A stretch of DNA of 64,000 bases. Origin: Patescibacteria group bacterium (GTDB lineage: Bacteria; Patescibacteriota; UBA1384; 2-12-FULL-50-11). The notes under the pieces are model-generated. The model was not told where the DNA came from, searched no databases, and was given only the letters and a program-made list of their open reading frames with translations. The stretch's first letter is position 1. Each line of letters starts with the position of its first letter. Made by a program: the position numbers and the translations under genes. The DNA lies in assembly GCA_016861245.1 (NCBI GenBank), contig BOKZ01000001.1, positions 77,107 to 141,106 on the forward strand. Direction: 5' to 3'. Below are positions 39,680 to 49,998 of the stretch, in pieces.

Positions 39680-39709
39680 ACCTCACCTCCATGGAAAGGT
39701 AGAGAAATT

Positions 39710-40525
39710 TTAGTCCTTTTTTAATTCGTTTTGAATAGATTTAGCGACGTTTTTCCACTGTTCAAGCGTTAGTACCGCTGGTCGAACCAATCGATCAAGA
39801 CCGTGTTCTTCAAATATTCGCTCAACCGTACCCTTAGGTAAATGTAGTGTGTTAGCTATACCGTTAACGGCCGTTTGCCGCGGGTGACGAAACGCCGCTT
39901 CGACCGGAGGCCAAAATAATTCAGCCTCACTAGAATTTTCGTGGGGCGTAACCCGTACTACCGCCGAGTCAACTTTTGGTTGCGGATAAAAGCTTCCAGG
40001 TTTCACCACCCGTACTATCTCAGCTACACCGTTAGTTTCTGTGAGCATCGTCAGATAGCCGCGGTTGCGATCACCTGGTTTGGCTGTAATACGCTCAGCT
40101 ACCTCTTTTTGAATGAGTAAGACAATGCTATTCGGGCGTTTTGGTAAATGAAAAATTTTACGAAGTAGCGGCGAAGTGATTGAGTACGGGATATTAGCGA
40201 CGACTTTATACTCATCTTCGAGTGTAATCGTCCAATCGATATCGAGCGCGTTACCAGTTACGACTGTAGCATTTGGTAACGATAAACTTCGGACGTACTC
40301 GGCTAGGTCTCGATCAAGTTCGATCGCCAGTACGCGACCAGCCCGTTGGCTGAGTTCCCTAGTTAAAACACCAAGTCCAGGACCGATCTCAACAACAGTG
40401 TCGTCTTTAGACAGTGCTGCTGCCTCGCAAATATCGCCAAGTACTCGTTCGTCCTGTAAAAAATTCTGACCTAATTTTTTTTGCGGAAATTTTGCCAATC
40501 CGCGAAGAATTTCGCTCTGTTTCAC
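39710..40525 (-). CDS. rsmA: 16S rRNA (adenine1518/1519-N6)-dimethyltransferase RsmA/KsgA
   Basis: LGQNFLQDERVL, VVEIGPGLGVLT, IVANIPYSITSP. Confidence 0.9.
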   Translation of the reverse strand: MKQSEILRGLAKFPQKKLGQNFLQDERVLGDICEAAALSKDDTVVEIGPGLGVLTRELSQRAGRVLAIELDRDLAEYVRSLSLPNATVVTGNALDIDWTITLEDEYKVVANIPYSITSPLLRKIFHLPKRPNSIVLLIQKEVAERITAKPGDRNRGYLTMLTETNGVAEIVRVVKPGSFYPQPKVDSAVVRVTPHENSSEAELFWPPVEAAFRHPRQTAVNGIANTLHLPKGTVERIFEEHGLDRLVRPAVLTLEQWKNVAKSIQNELKKD

Positions 40526-40546
40526 TGGTTAATTATACCTGAAGCA

Positions 40547-41533
40547 CTACGGATTAGGCCATCGTGAACGGTGCCCGTTCGCCCACGCCCAAGCGGTAGT
40601 GTAAATTTGAGCTTTGGCGTCCCAGACACTGGTGCCGCTAAAACCAGCTTTCGTGCTAAGCGTATTCCAAAGACCGCCTTTTTCGTACTGGAACATACCT
40701 TCGTAAATTTGGCCGGCCGGTCCGTAACCAACAGAGTTAGGGTTACAGCTACTTTCCTTTTGCATTCGATAATAAAGCGCGTTCGGATCGATGCCGTTTT
40801 TCTTACTAGCATCAACGACCCAGTCTTTGTACTGCAAGCAGCGGCTCGATACCGGTTTCAGCGAGCCTTGGCGAACTTTCTTCTTCTGGGCAGCCAGAGT
40901 TACCGTTGTCTGTAGGAGCGTTTTGCTAACCAGCTCTCCGTCTTCTCGGATGAGTAAGTATCTTTTCTCACGCTCACCGTTCTTTCCCTGCTCCAGTACG
41001 ACATCTGTACCAACGAACTGGGTGTAGTCTTTCTCAATAACGGTCTCATACGGAACGATCTCTTTTTCGACTACTTCTGTCCGTGCTACCCGGGTAATTG
41101 TAACTGTCATGTTCGACTGCAGTAGGGTTACCGGAGTTGGTCCGACGCGATCTTCATTACCGAGATCTAGACGTTTCTCAGAGAGTACTTCACCGACTGT
41201 TTTCTTCCATGTCCTTACCTGGATTGTTTTCTTGCCGTCTCGAATCGTAATCGGCGTCGCTCGCTCGACTCGAACTACCGTTCCGAGCCCGAGCGCCGGA
41301 TCAGGGAACGCTTGGACGATATCTTCTGGAAAGTAGGTAACACCGGCTTGCGTAAAAGCCGCAATTAACGATTTGGCGCTCGAATCGGCAGTAAAGACTT
41401 CGACGGGGTGGAGCGGATCGGGCGATCCTTGCGCTTCAACTCTTGTAACTTTTCTAGACGAGAGTACGAGTAAGACAGAGAGTAATAATATTAACCCAAT
41501 TCCTACTACGACGCGTCCGATGGACGGTTTCAT
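40547..41533 (-). CDS. Membrane-anchored G5-domain protein with a C-terminal lytic-transglycosylase-like (SLT/Rpf-like) domain (RpfB-like architecture)
   Basis: N-terminal TM. A DUF348-like segment and a G5-like segment (VVLEQGKNGEREKRYLLIREDGELVSKTLLQTTV). The C-terminus is ESSCNPNSVGYGPAGQIYEGMFQY. Confidence 0.5.
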   Translation of the reverse strand: MKPSIGRVVVGIGLILLLSVLLVLSSRKVTRVEAQGSPDPLHPVEVFTADSSAKSLIAAFTQAGVTYFPEDIVQAFPDPALGLGTVVRVERATPITIRDGKKTIQVRTWKKTVGEVLSEKRLDLGNEDRVGPTPVTLLQSNMTVTITRVARTEVVEKEIVPYETVIEKDYTQFVGTDVVLEQGKNGEREKRYLLIREDGELVSKTLLQTTVTLAAQKKKVRQGSLKPVSSRCLQYKDWVVDASKKNGIDPNALYYRMQKESSCNPNSVGYGPAGQIYEGMFQYEKGGLWNTLSTKAGFSGTSVWDAKAQIYTTAWAWANGHRSRWPNP

Positions 41534-41569
41534 GCGGTGTTCTCAACGTAGTTTTTTTGAGCGTTAAAG

Positions 41570-42022
41570 TCAACGACCAAGTAGTTTGTAGCGGAAGTTT
41601 GCTATCGCAAATAACAGAAGGGCGAAGTCAAAGTAACGAAGATACATTTGATAATTGGTAAGCGGCTCTATAAAAAACGGTAGTAGCAGCGGCAATAACA
41701 GCGGCGTAACCTTTAAAAAGCTCGTCAGTTGGACGCCTTGTTTGTGGCTGCCGTAGTGTTTCTCCCAGCCGTCGTCGGCGCTTTTCAGATAACCGGCCAC
41801 CGCCTCCATCGTCATTTGATTTGATTGGTAATTAAATACAAGGCCGGCGATCACCACCGGGATAAGCAAAAGATACCAATTAAACACCTCCTGTGGGACG
41901 TTCATATACAGCCAACTCCCGAAGGCTACGAAGAAAGCTGAGAGTAGAGTTGAGTCATAAATGAGTTGATGTAACAGCTTAACCCGTTCGGTTATTTCTT
42001 GTCGCATACCGGCTTGATCCAT
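41570..42022 (-). CDS. Hypothetical membrane protein (4 TM)
   Basis: Hydrophobicity only. Confidence 0.5.
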   Translation of the reverse strand: MDQAGMRQEITERVKLLHQLIYDSTLLSAFFVAFGSWLYMNVPQEVFNWYLLLIPVVIAGLVFNYQSNQMTMEAVAGYLKSADDGWEKHYGSHKQGVQLTSFLKVTPLLLPLLLPFFIEPLTNYQMYLRYFDFALLLFAIANFRYKLLGR

Positions 42023-42060
42023 AACTAAATTGTAGCACTAACTTGGTGATGTATCGGTAG

Positions 42061-43926
42061 TTAAATACGATCGACTAACCCAGGTCTTATTTCAGAGAGA
42101 AACCGACTCGGTACCGTTGAAGTCATGCCGCCGTGAATCATTCTGGTTCGCGCCCAAGTTAAATAAAGTCGTTTGCGCGCTCGAGTCATGCCGACGTAAC
42201 AAAGACGGCGCTCTTCGTCCATTTCCGAATCGTCTTCAAGCGCTCGCATATGCGGGAAGAGCCCTTCTTCTAAACCAGTTAGAAATACCGTCGTAAATTC
42301 GAGACCCTTCGAAGAGTGGAGAGTCATTAAAGTAACGGCGTCGGCGTTTGGATCGAAATTATCGACGTCGGAAACGAGTGCTACGTGCTCCAAAAAGTCT
42401 TCAACAGTCTCGAATTCAGCGCTGAGATTTTGCAGCTCTTCCACGTTTTCCATCCGAGCCTCACCTTCCGGCGTTCCGTCGTTTAAGAACTCCTTATAAC
42501 GTGTTATCTGCAACAAACGCTCCAGACTGGCAGTCGGCGTGTTTTGCGACACGAATTCGCGAAGCAGCTGCATCTCGGATAGAAACTGTTGCACTTTCTC
42601 GCCACCCTTCTCGAACGTCTTTGGGCCGATACCGCGCGGCGGAACGTTAACGATCCGAGCCAACGAGTGTGTATCGTTCTCGTTTCGTAAATATCGTAAA
42701 TACGCTAAGATATCTTTTACTTCTTTGCGTTCGTAGAATCTAAGCGCTCCGACCAACCGATACGGCACGCCTTCAGCGAGTAATACTTCTTCGATGACAC
42801 GAGATTGGGCGTTGGTTCGGTACAAAATCGCCACGTCCGACCAGCTTGATCCCATCGCTCTAAGCGAACGCGACTCGGTGACGATAAAGTCGGCTTCGGC
42901 GTACGCGTTGTTCGCTTCGTAAACGGTAATTGGGGCGCCACCGGTGTTTTCTGTCCAAATTTTTTTATCAGAACGTCGCTTAACTTTGGCGATAATATCG
43001 GCCGCGCCGTCGATGATCGTTTGGGTAGAACGATAATTCTGCTCAAGTTTTACAACCGTGGTGTTGGGAAAATCTCGATTAAAATTCAAAATATTATGGA
43101 AGTTAGCGCCGCGCCATCCGTAGATAGACTGAAAATCGTCACCAACGACACAAAGATTGTTGGTCTGTGGATTGGTTAGTAGCCTAGTAAGCTTGTACTG
43201 CGCCTTGTTGGTATCTTGGTACTCGTCAACCATCACGTACTTAAATTGCTGTTGGTACTTTTTGGCGATGTGGGGATGTTTCTCTAAAAGCCTGACCGTT
43301 GTAAAAATTAGATCGTCAAAGTCCAGCGCCGAGAGCTTACCGAGTTCTTTCTGGTACTCAACATATACTTCGTGCGCGATTTCTTGAAAGTGACCTTGTG
43401 CAAACGGCTCGAACTCGTCCGGTGTCATCAACTCGTTTTTGGCGTTGCTAATAATCGAGCGGATCGCTTGAGCAGAGTACTGTTTCGGATCGAGATTTTT
43501 CTTTTTGCAGATTTGCTTAATCAGCGAAATCGTGTCGTCCGAATCAAGGATAGTGAATGTCGGTGAGAGTCCGAGCTCAGTCGCTTCGTTGCGCAGAAGC
43601 CGCACGCAGATCGAGTGGAACGTTCCGACCCAAGGTAAGTAGCGCCTAATCTGAAATTGTGTCGTCTTGCCGTGATGGACGGTTATTCCGAGAATATCGA
43701 GGATTCGTGTCGCCAACTCCCCGGCTGCTTTGTTGGTAAAAGTGATCGCCAAGATCTGATTGAGTTCGGCTTTTTTCTCGGTCACGACATACGCTAATCG
43801 ATGGGTCAGACACTTCGTTTTACCCGAACCGGCGCCGGCCAAAATCAAAACCGGTCCCTCCGTTGCGCGAACCGCCTCTGCTTGGGCAGCGTTAAGACCG
43901 TCAAAAATAATGTCCTTCTCAGCCAT
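42061..43926 (-). CDS. pcrA: UvrD/PcrA-family ATP-dependent DNA helicase (short 621-aa form)
   Basis: Walker A is AGAGSGKT. Other motifs are DEYQDTN, VGDDFQSIYGWRGA, LEQNYRST and GLEF...VGMTRAR. Confidence 0.85.
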   Translation of the reverse strand: MAEKDIIFDGLNAAQAEAVRATEGPVLILAGAGSGKTKCLTHRLAYVVTEKKAELNQILAITFTNKAAGELATRILDILGITVHHGKTTQFQIRRYLPWVGTFHSICVRLLRNEATELGLSPTFTILDSDDTISLIKQICKKKNLDPKQYSAQAIRSIISNAKNELMTPDEFEPFAQGHFQEIAHEVYVEYQKELGKLSALDFDDLIFTTVRLLEKHPHIAKKYQQQFKYVMVDEYQDTNKAQYKLTRLLTNPQTNNLCVVGDDFQSIYGWRGANFHNILNFNRDFPNTTVVKLEQNYRSTQTIIDGAADIIAKVKRRSDKKIWTENTGGAPITVYEANNAYAEADFIVTESRSLRAMGSSWSDVAILYRTNAQSRVIEEVLLAEGVPYRLVGALRFYERKEVKDILAYLRYLRNENDTHSLARIVNVPPRGIGPKTFEKGGEKVQQFLSEMQLLREFVSQNTPTASLERLLQITRYKEFLNDGTPEGEARMENVEELQNLSAEFETVEDFLEHVALVSDVDNFDPNADAVTLMTLHSSKGLEFTTVFLTGLEEGLFPHMRALEDDSEMDEERRLCYVGMTRARKRLYLTWARTRMIHGGMTSTVPSRFLSEIRPGLVDRI

Positions 43927-43931
43927 GCTCT

Positions 43932-45293
43932 TTAGGCCTTGGGGTTAATCTTGGCTTTCCGCTCGACGTCAAAGAATCGCGATTGCTCGGCTCGAAAATG
44001 AAGCTCAGCTTCTCCGATCGGACCGTTTCGATGTTTGCGAATAAGCACATCGGTAATACCTTTACGCTCAGTTTCGCGATCGTAATAGTCTTCACGATAC
44101 AAAAACATCACTACGTCGGCGTCTTGCTCGATCGAGCCGGAATCACGAAGATCTGAGAGTTGCGGCATTTTTTTATCTCTAGATTCAACAGCACGCGACA
44201 GCTGCGAGAGCGCCACAACCGGAACATCGAGCTCACGCGCGATCGCTTTAAGCGATCGAGAGATATCGGACACCTGCTGAACCCGGTTGTCGATGTTGCC
44301 GCCAGCGCCGCCATCGATCAGCTGTAAGTAATCAACGACAACTAAACCTAAATTATGGTCAGCTTTAAGCCGACGGGCGCGAGTTCGGATGTCGATCGTA
44401 GTCATCATCGGCGTATCGTCGATAAAGATCGGCGCTTCCGCCAGCGTCCCCATCGCCATACCGATCGCCGGGAAGTCGTCTTCGTGTAAATTACCCGTTC
44501 TAAGCTTCCAGCCGTCAACCATCGCTTGAGCACAGATTAAGCGATCGACGATCTGCTCCTTACTTTGCTCGAGCGAGAAAAAGCCGACCGTCGTTTTACC
44601 TTTTACGGCGGCGTTTAAGGCGATATTAAGCGCAAATGTTGTCTTACCCATGCTCGGACGAGCAGCTAAGATAATGAGATCGGATGGTTGTAACCCGGAG
44701 AGCTTGTTGTCGAGATCGCGAAAACCAGTGGTGACGCCCCGGAGCAATCCTTTCTCGCGATGCAGACGATCGATACGATCGAAACTGCTCGCCAAGATAT
44801 CGGCGATCGGCATAAAATTGTCTTTAACTAATTGGTGGCTCACATTAAACAACGCCTTCTCGGCTTCGTCCAAGATTTCACTAATTTCCTTTTCTTCGTC
44901 GTAACCAAGCTCGGAGATTCGAGAGCCGGCTTGGAGTATTCTTCGGAGCACGGCTTTCTGGCGGACGATCTCGGCGTAGTGAGCGACGTGAATGGCCGTC
45001 GGAACGGCGTTAACCAACTGCGCTAAGTAGGCAGCCCCGCCAATTTCGTCGAATTGTTGGAGCGACTCGAGCTCGTTCGTCAATGTCACAAGATCGATCG
45101 GTGAGCGCTTCTCGTAAAGACGGTTAATCGCTCGGAAGATCGCCTGGTGGTCGGGTCGGTAGAAGTCGGCATCAGTAACGATATCGGCGATTTTATCCAT
45201 CGCATCTTTATTAACTAAGATCGCCCCGAGCACCGCCGCTTCGGCCTCGATATTCTGCGGCGGTAGCTTACTGCCGATCAGATCTTTCTTCAT
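43932..45293 (-). CDS. dnaB: Replicative DNA helicase DnaB
   Basis: ARPSMGKTTFALNIA, QLSRAVE, KHRNGP. Confidence 0.92.
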   Translation of the reverse strand: MKKDLIGSKLPPQNIEAEAAVLGAILVNKDAMDKIADIVTDADFYRPDHQAIFRAINRLYEKRSPIDLVTLTNELESLQQFDEIGGAAYLAQLVNAVPTAIHVAHYAEIVRQKAVLRRILQAGSRISELGYDEEKEISEILDEAEKALFNVSHQLVKDNFMPIADILASSFDRIDRLHREKGLLRGVTTGFRDLDNKLSGLQPSDLIILAARPSMGKTTFALNIALNAAVKGKTTVGFFSLEQSKEQIVDRLICAQAMVDGWKLRTGNLHEDDFPAIGMAMGTLAEAPIFIDDTPMMTTIDIRTRARRLKADHNLGLVVVDYLQLIDGGAGGNIDNRVQQVSDISRSLKAIARELDVPVVALSQLSRAVESRDKKMPQLSDLRDSGSIEQDADVVMFLYREDYYDRETERKGITDVLIRKHRNGPIGEAELHFRAEQSRFFDVERKAKINPKA

Positions 45294-45294
45294 G

Positions 45295-46779
45295 CTAGGA
45301 TGCTACCTCTTCTAGCTCGAAAACGTCAACGACGGTATTCATCACGTCCTCACCGCTTGCCGGCTTAGCCTCTTCGATATCGCTTTTTACTTGGCACTCG
45401 AGAATAAGCCGCTTGCCGTGAACCTTACTGGCCGCTTCTTCAACGAGTTTACGGTTCTTAGTTTCAAACAAACGCTCGGAGTAGAAACGAAACTTAACCG
45501 CCAGCACCAGCTTACTATCAGTGAGCTCTAACAGCTTGGCCGAGCGAACTAACATGTAAAGTGCGTGGTTGTGTTGCTTGATCTCTAGAAGAAACGCGCC
45601 CCAAAAATCTTTAGACTCAAGCGGCTGTGACTCTTGAGAGCTGACAGAATCAACCGACTGTGTCGAGCTCTGATCGTTTACGAATTCGTTCTCTTTCTTG
45701 GTTAAGTCTGTTACTTTCGGCGTGGGAGTGTTGGTCTGTACTACCGGTACCGGCCCGGGAACAGCGCCAGATTTCACAAGCGCCAACAATCGGGTAACGA
45801 TAATTCCGTTTGGATCAGTGGCGACGCGAATGCGTGCTAAGACAAGCAAACACTGCTCGAGTAACGTTGCGTTCTTCTGGATAACGGCCGGGTCTTTCTC
45901 GTCAAAAATTGTTGCTTTTAATCGATCGCACAACTGCCGAACCATCACCGACAGATCCTGACCATCCCGTAGCTGTTTTTGTAAAAATGTCGCCAACGCC
46001 AACGGATCCTGACCTATGACGAGCTCTAAAAGTTTGGCAATAACTTGCTCACTCGGCAAACCGAGAATCTCCCGAAGCTGTTCGGCGCCGAGGTTACTAC
46101 CGTGAGCCGAGACGCTACCGAGAATTGTCAGCGCATCCCGAAATGAGCCGTCGGCGCGCTCAGCGATCAGCTCGATCGCGTCGTTGGTTAGAGTAATCTT
46201 CTCCTTTTTTGCGATGTCTATTAAAACACTGTGAAGCGACTCGATAGAAGCGCGGTGAAACTGGAATCGCTGACAACGAGAGATAATCGTGTCAGGGACT
46301 TTGTGTAGCTCGGTTGTCGCCAAGATAAAGATCGCGTGAGCTGGCGGCTCCTCTAACGTCTTTAACAGCGCGTTAAAGGCTTCTTTGGTTAACATATGAA
46401 CTTCGTCAATGATGTAAACCTTATACTTCAGACTGGTTGGGCTAAATAGAATTCGCTCGCGCAGCTCACGCATCTCATCGATCCCGCGATTTGAGGCGGC
46501 GTCGATTTCGATAATATCGACAGCGCTACCGTTTTTTATCTCTTGGCAGATCGTACATTTATCGCAGGCTTCAGCTGAGCTTGTTCGCTTGGGACAGTTA
46601 AGCGCTTTAGCAAAGAGACGCGCCATCGTTGTTTTACCGGTTCCGCGCGGACCAGAAAATAGATAGGCATGAGCGATCATCTCCTTTTGAAGGGCGCTTT
46701 GGAGACTTTTAGTAATGTGATCCTGCCCAATTACTTCTGTAAATTGGGTCGGTCGGTAGCGTCGATAGATGGCGGACAT
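45295..46779 (-). CDS. dnaX: DNA polymerase III subunit gamma/tau
   Basis: GPRGTGKTT, the Zn module CPKRTSSAEACDKCTIC, and DEVHML. Confidence 0.92.
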   Translation of the reverse strand: MSAIYRRYRPTQFTEVIGQDHITKSLQSALQKEMIAHAYLFSGPRGTGKTTMARLFAKALNCPKRTSSAEACDKCTICQEIKNGSAVDIIEIDAASNRGIDEMRELRERILFSPTSLKYKVYIIDEVHMLTKEAFNALLKTLEEPPAHAIFILATTELHKVPDTIISRCQRFQFHRASIESLHSVLIDIAKKEKITLTNDAIELIAERADGSFRDALTILGSVSAHGSNLGAEQLREILGLPSEQVIAKLLELVIGQDPLALATFLQKQLRDGQDLSVMVRQLCDRLKATIFDEKDPAVIQKNATLLEQCLLVLARIRVATDPNGIIVTRLLALVKSGAVPGPVPVVQTNTPTPKVTDLTKKENEFVNDQSSTQSVDSVSSQESQPLESKDFWGAFLLEIKQHNHALYMLVRSAKLLELTDSKLVLAVKFRFYSERLFETKNRKLVEEAASKVHGKRLILECQVKSDIEEAKPASGEDVMNTVVDVFELEEVAS

Positions 46780-46851
46780 ACTGAAACGATACTGCCACGA
46801 AACGCCTCAAAAGTCACGCCATAATTTGCTAGGATACATACGGAGGGGAAA

Positions 46852-48747
46852 TTGGCCGTAACTAACGACATTATTAAAAAAATTAGTCAGAAAACGTCGA
46901 TGCCGACCTTTAAGGTCCGAGCGTATTTGCGCGGCGCGACAGATGTAATTGGCGCTGCTCTTCAAGAAGGTGAGAAAGTTGAGCTGCCAGAACTCGGCAC
47001 ATTTAAACTTCTCCGATTGCCGATCCGAAAAGTTGAGACAAATTTCGGCGGTAAAAAACAAGTACTTAAACTAGCCGCAACGACAACACCGGATTTCGAC
47101 ATCAGTGAGACGCTGAAGCCGCTGGTTCGCTCTACTCCGCCGTCGCAAGCACCGCAGCAGCCGGTTGAAGATAACTTTCGTATCAGCCCGCTACACAATC
47201 GTGAAAGTAGCGTTCAGTTTATCGAATTAAACGGTAAGGTTATCCCGAAAACGATTTTGGCGCTAGTTCCGGAGAATCTAGCTAAAAAATACCAGGCTGT
47301 GCCGTTTGCCCTAGAAGAGAAAGTACTCTCGATCGCGATGACCGATCCGGAGAACGAAGAGGCGTTCAACGCCATCAGAAAAACCTCTGGAAAAATTCTC
47401 AAACCGTTTTTAACTACTCAAGAAGATATTAATTATATTCTCGATCAATATTCGGCACTACAATCAGAGCTAAACGAACTAGTCGAAAACTCTGAGACCG
47501 ACGATATCTCGACTATCGAAGAGCAAGAAGAAAAGGTTAGCGACGAGGATATAACCGAAACGTCCCCCGCCGCAAAAATAGTTAGCTCACTGCTTAAGCG
47601 CGGCGTGCGCGAGAAAGCTTCAGATATCCATATCGAGCCAAGCGAAGACGACGTACAGGTGCGGTTTCGTGTCGACGGCGTTTTGCGCAAAGTCCTGGCT
47701 CTACCAAAAGAAGTTCAGCCAGCGCTTATCTCACGGATAAAAATTCTGTCGAATTTAAAGATCGATGAAACTCGCCTACCGCAAGACGGTCGTATTCAGA
47801 TCTTACTCGACGCTAACAAAATAGATTTCCGTATCTCAACGATTCCCACCGTAAACGGCGAGAAGATTGTGGCTCGAATTCTTGACCACTCGAAAGGAAC
47901 GTTAACGTTCGATCAGCTCGGTGTCCGCGGCCGGTCGCTAACCGTATTACAAGAAAATATTAAAAAAGCGCACGGTATGACGTTAGTAACCGGACCGACC
48001 GGTTCCGGTAAATCGACGACGCTTTACGCTATCGTTAGCCAAATTAAAGACGACGGCGTCAATATCGTAACAATGGAAGATCCGGTCGAATATCGAATGC
48101 CAGGCGTCAACCAAAGCCAGGTAAACTCTAAAATTGGTTTCACGTTCACGAGCGGTTTACGCTCAATTTTGCGACAAGACCCAGACGTCGTAATGGTTGG
48201 TGAAATTCGCGACAAGGAAACTGCCGACATCTCGATTAACGCTGCGCTTACAGGTCACATCGTGCTTTCGAGTCTACACACCAACGACTCAGCCGGTGCG
48301 CTGCCACGTCTGTTAGATATGGGAATCGAGCCGTTTTTGATCACCTCTTCGACAAACGCCATCATCGCTCAAAGGTTATGCCGAAAGATCTGCGAAAAAT
48401 GCCGCCAGGAGGATATGGTTAAGCCAGAAGACGTCGAGCTAATTAAAAAAGAGATTGAAAGTCTTCCGGAGCTGGAGCGCGGCGAAGCTTCAAAGAAAAA
48501 AGCCTTTTACAAGGGCGCCGGCTGCGCGGCTTGCGGTAAAACTGGTTACAAGGGCCGTATCGGTATCTTTGAGATATTAACGGTAACCGAAGGCGTTAAA
48601 ACATTAACCTTAAAAAGAGCGTCAAATAGCGACATTTTAGCTCAGGCAAAGCAAGACGGTTTAATCACGATGCGCCAAGACGGTATCCTTAAAGCGCTCG
48701 ACGGGTTAACAACGATCGAGGAGATCTGGCGAGTTACAAAAGAATAA
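46852..48747 (+). CDS. pilB: Type IV pilus assembly ATPase PilB/GspE with an N-terminal HU/IHF-like (DNABII) domain fused in frame
   Basis: The TTG start follows GGAGG. Residues 1-95 (MAVTNDIIKKISQKTSMPTFKVRAYLRGATDVIGAALQEGEKVELPELGTFKLLRLPIRK...) align with HU. A GspE_N-like segment follows. The ATPase core has VTGPTGSGKSTTLYA and a tetracysteine motif. Confidence 0.85.
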   Translation: MAVTNDIIKKISQKTSMPTFKVRAYLRGATDVIGAALQEGEKVELPELGTFKLLRLPIRKVETNFGGKKQVLKLAATTTPDFDISETLKPLVRSTPPSQAPQQPVEDNFRISPLHNRESSVQFIELNGKVIPKTILALVPENLAKKYQAVPFALEEKVLSIAMTDPENEEAFNAIRKTSGKILKPFLTTQEDINYILDQYSALQSELNELVENSETDDISTIEEQEEKVSDEDITETSPAAKIVSSLLKRGVREKASDIHIEPSEDDVQVRFRVDGVLRKVLALPKEVQPALISRIKILSNLKIDETRLPQDGRIQILLDANKIDFRISTIPTVNGEKIVARILDHSKGTLTFDQLGVRGRSLTVLQENIKKAHGMTLVTGPTGSGKSTTLYAIVSQIKDDGVNIVTMEDPVEYRMPGVNQSQVNSKIGFTFTSGLRSILRQDPDVVMVGEIRDKETADISINAALTGHIVLSSLHTNDSAGALPRLLDMGIEPFLITSSTNAIIAQRLCRKICEKCRQEDMVKPEDVELIKKEIESLPELERGEASKKKAFYKGAGCAACGKTGYKGRIGIFEILTVTEGVKTLTLKRASNSDILAQAKQDGLITMRQDGILKALDGLTTIEEIWRVTKE

Positions 48748-49961
48748 TGCCGATCTACAGTTACACGGTCAAAAAGTCTGGCGGTAAGCCTCAAAAAGGT
48801 CAGATCGAGTCTGAGAGCGTGACCGAGGCGACCAAGAAACTACGAGCCGAAGGTTTCTTGGTACTCGAATTAAACGAAGGGGTCGCGCAAGGACATAAGC
48901 TAAATATCGGTTTTCTAACGAAGCGGGTTTCGCTTAAAGAAAAGATAATCTTTACTCGGCAACTGTCGGTCATGATTAAGGCCGGGCTACCAATCGTTAA
49001 ATCGCTCGACGCGCTCAAGCGTCAAACTCAACAGAAGTACTTTAAAGAAGTAATAGAATCGCTTTCGACACAACTCAAAGGCGGCCAAACGCTTTCAAAA
49101 GCGATGATGAAGTATCCAAAAGTCTTCTCCGAAATTTACACCGCTGTTGTTAAAGCCGGAGAAGAAACCGGACAGCTCTCGGACGTACTACTCAATCTTG
49201 CCGATCAACAAGAAAAGGAAGCTGACTTGATCGGGAAAATTAAAGGAGCGATGATCTACCCGATTATCATTCTTCTTTCGTTAGTCGGTGTCGCCGGGCT
49301 AATTGTTTTCTTTGTATTGCCAAGTCTCGAAGGTATTTTCGCTGATTCCGGGCAAGAGCTGCCGATACTAACCAGGATCTTGCTTGGCACTAGTACGGCA
49401 ATTCGAGAGTACTTTCTAATAATTCTGCCGATAATGATCGCCGCCTTTTACGGTATGCGGCTGTGGTTTAAAACGAAAACCGGTCAGGCGTTTTACGATC
49501 GGTTAAAGATCTCTGTGCCGGTATTCGGTTCGCTAACCAAAAAAGTCTATATGGCGCGCTTCTCTCGAACCTTAGCGATGTTAATTAAAGCAAGTTTGCC
49601 GATACTGCTGTCGATCCGCATTATTCGCAAAACAATTAGCAACGTTCACTACGACGCTGCCTTCCAGCGAATCGACAAGCTTGTTGAAAGCGGTAAGTCG
49701 CTCTCAGCAGCGATTGATCGTGAGCCGCTGTTCCCCCCAATGGTTTCACAGCTAACAAGTCTTGGTGAGGAGTCGGGAACGTTGGAAGGAGTTTTGCTTG
49801 AAATTGCCACATTCTACGACAAGGAGGTCGATACGACCTCAAAAAATCTGTCAACGTTACTGGAGCCGTTGCTACTGATTATTATGGGTGTCGGTGTCGC
49901 GTTTGTAGTAGCAGCCGTGCTTGGGCCGATTTACGGCTTAGTTCAAAACTTTGGTGGGTAA
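48747..49961 (+). CDS. pilC: Type IV pilus platform protein PilC (GspF family)
   Basis: Two T2SSF repeats and 3 TM. It overlaps the pilB stop (TAATG). Confidence 0.85.
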   Translation: MPIYSYTVKKSGGKPQKGQIESESVTEATKKLRAEGFLVLELNEGVAQGHKLNIGFLTKRVSLKEKIIFTRQLSVMIKAGLPIVKSLDALKRQTQQKYFKEVIESLSTQLKGGQTLSKAMMKYPKVFSEIYTAVVKAGEETGQLSDVLLNLADQQEKEADLIGKIKGAMIYPIIILLSLVGVAGLIVFFVLPSLEGIFADSGQELPILTRILLGTSTAIREYFLIILPIMIAAFYGMRLWFKTKTGQAFYDRLKISVPVFGSLTKKVYMARFSRTLAMLIKASLPILLSIRIIRKTISNVHYDAAFQRIDKLVESGKSLSAAIDREPLFPPMVSQLTSLGEESGTLEGVLLEIATFYDKEVDTTSKNLSTLLEPLLLIIMGVGVAFVVAAVLGPIYGLVQNFGG

Positions 49962-49998
49962 TAACTGGTGAATTTGGTATGGTAATAACGGAGGGAAC

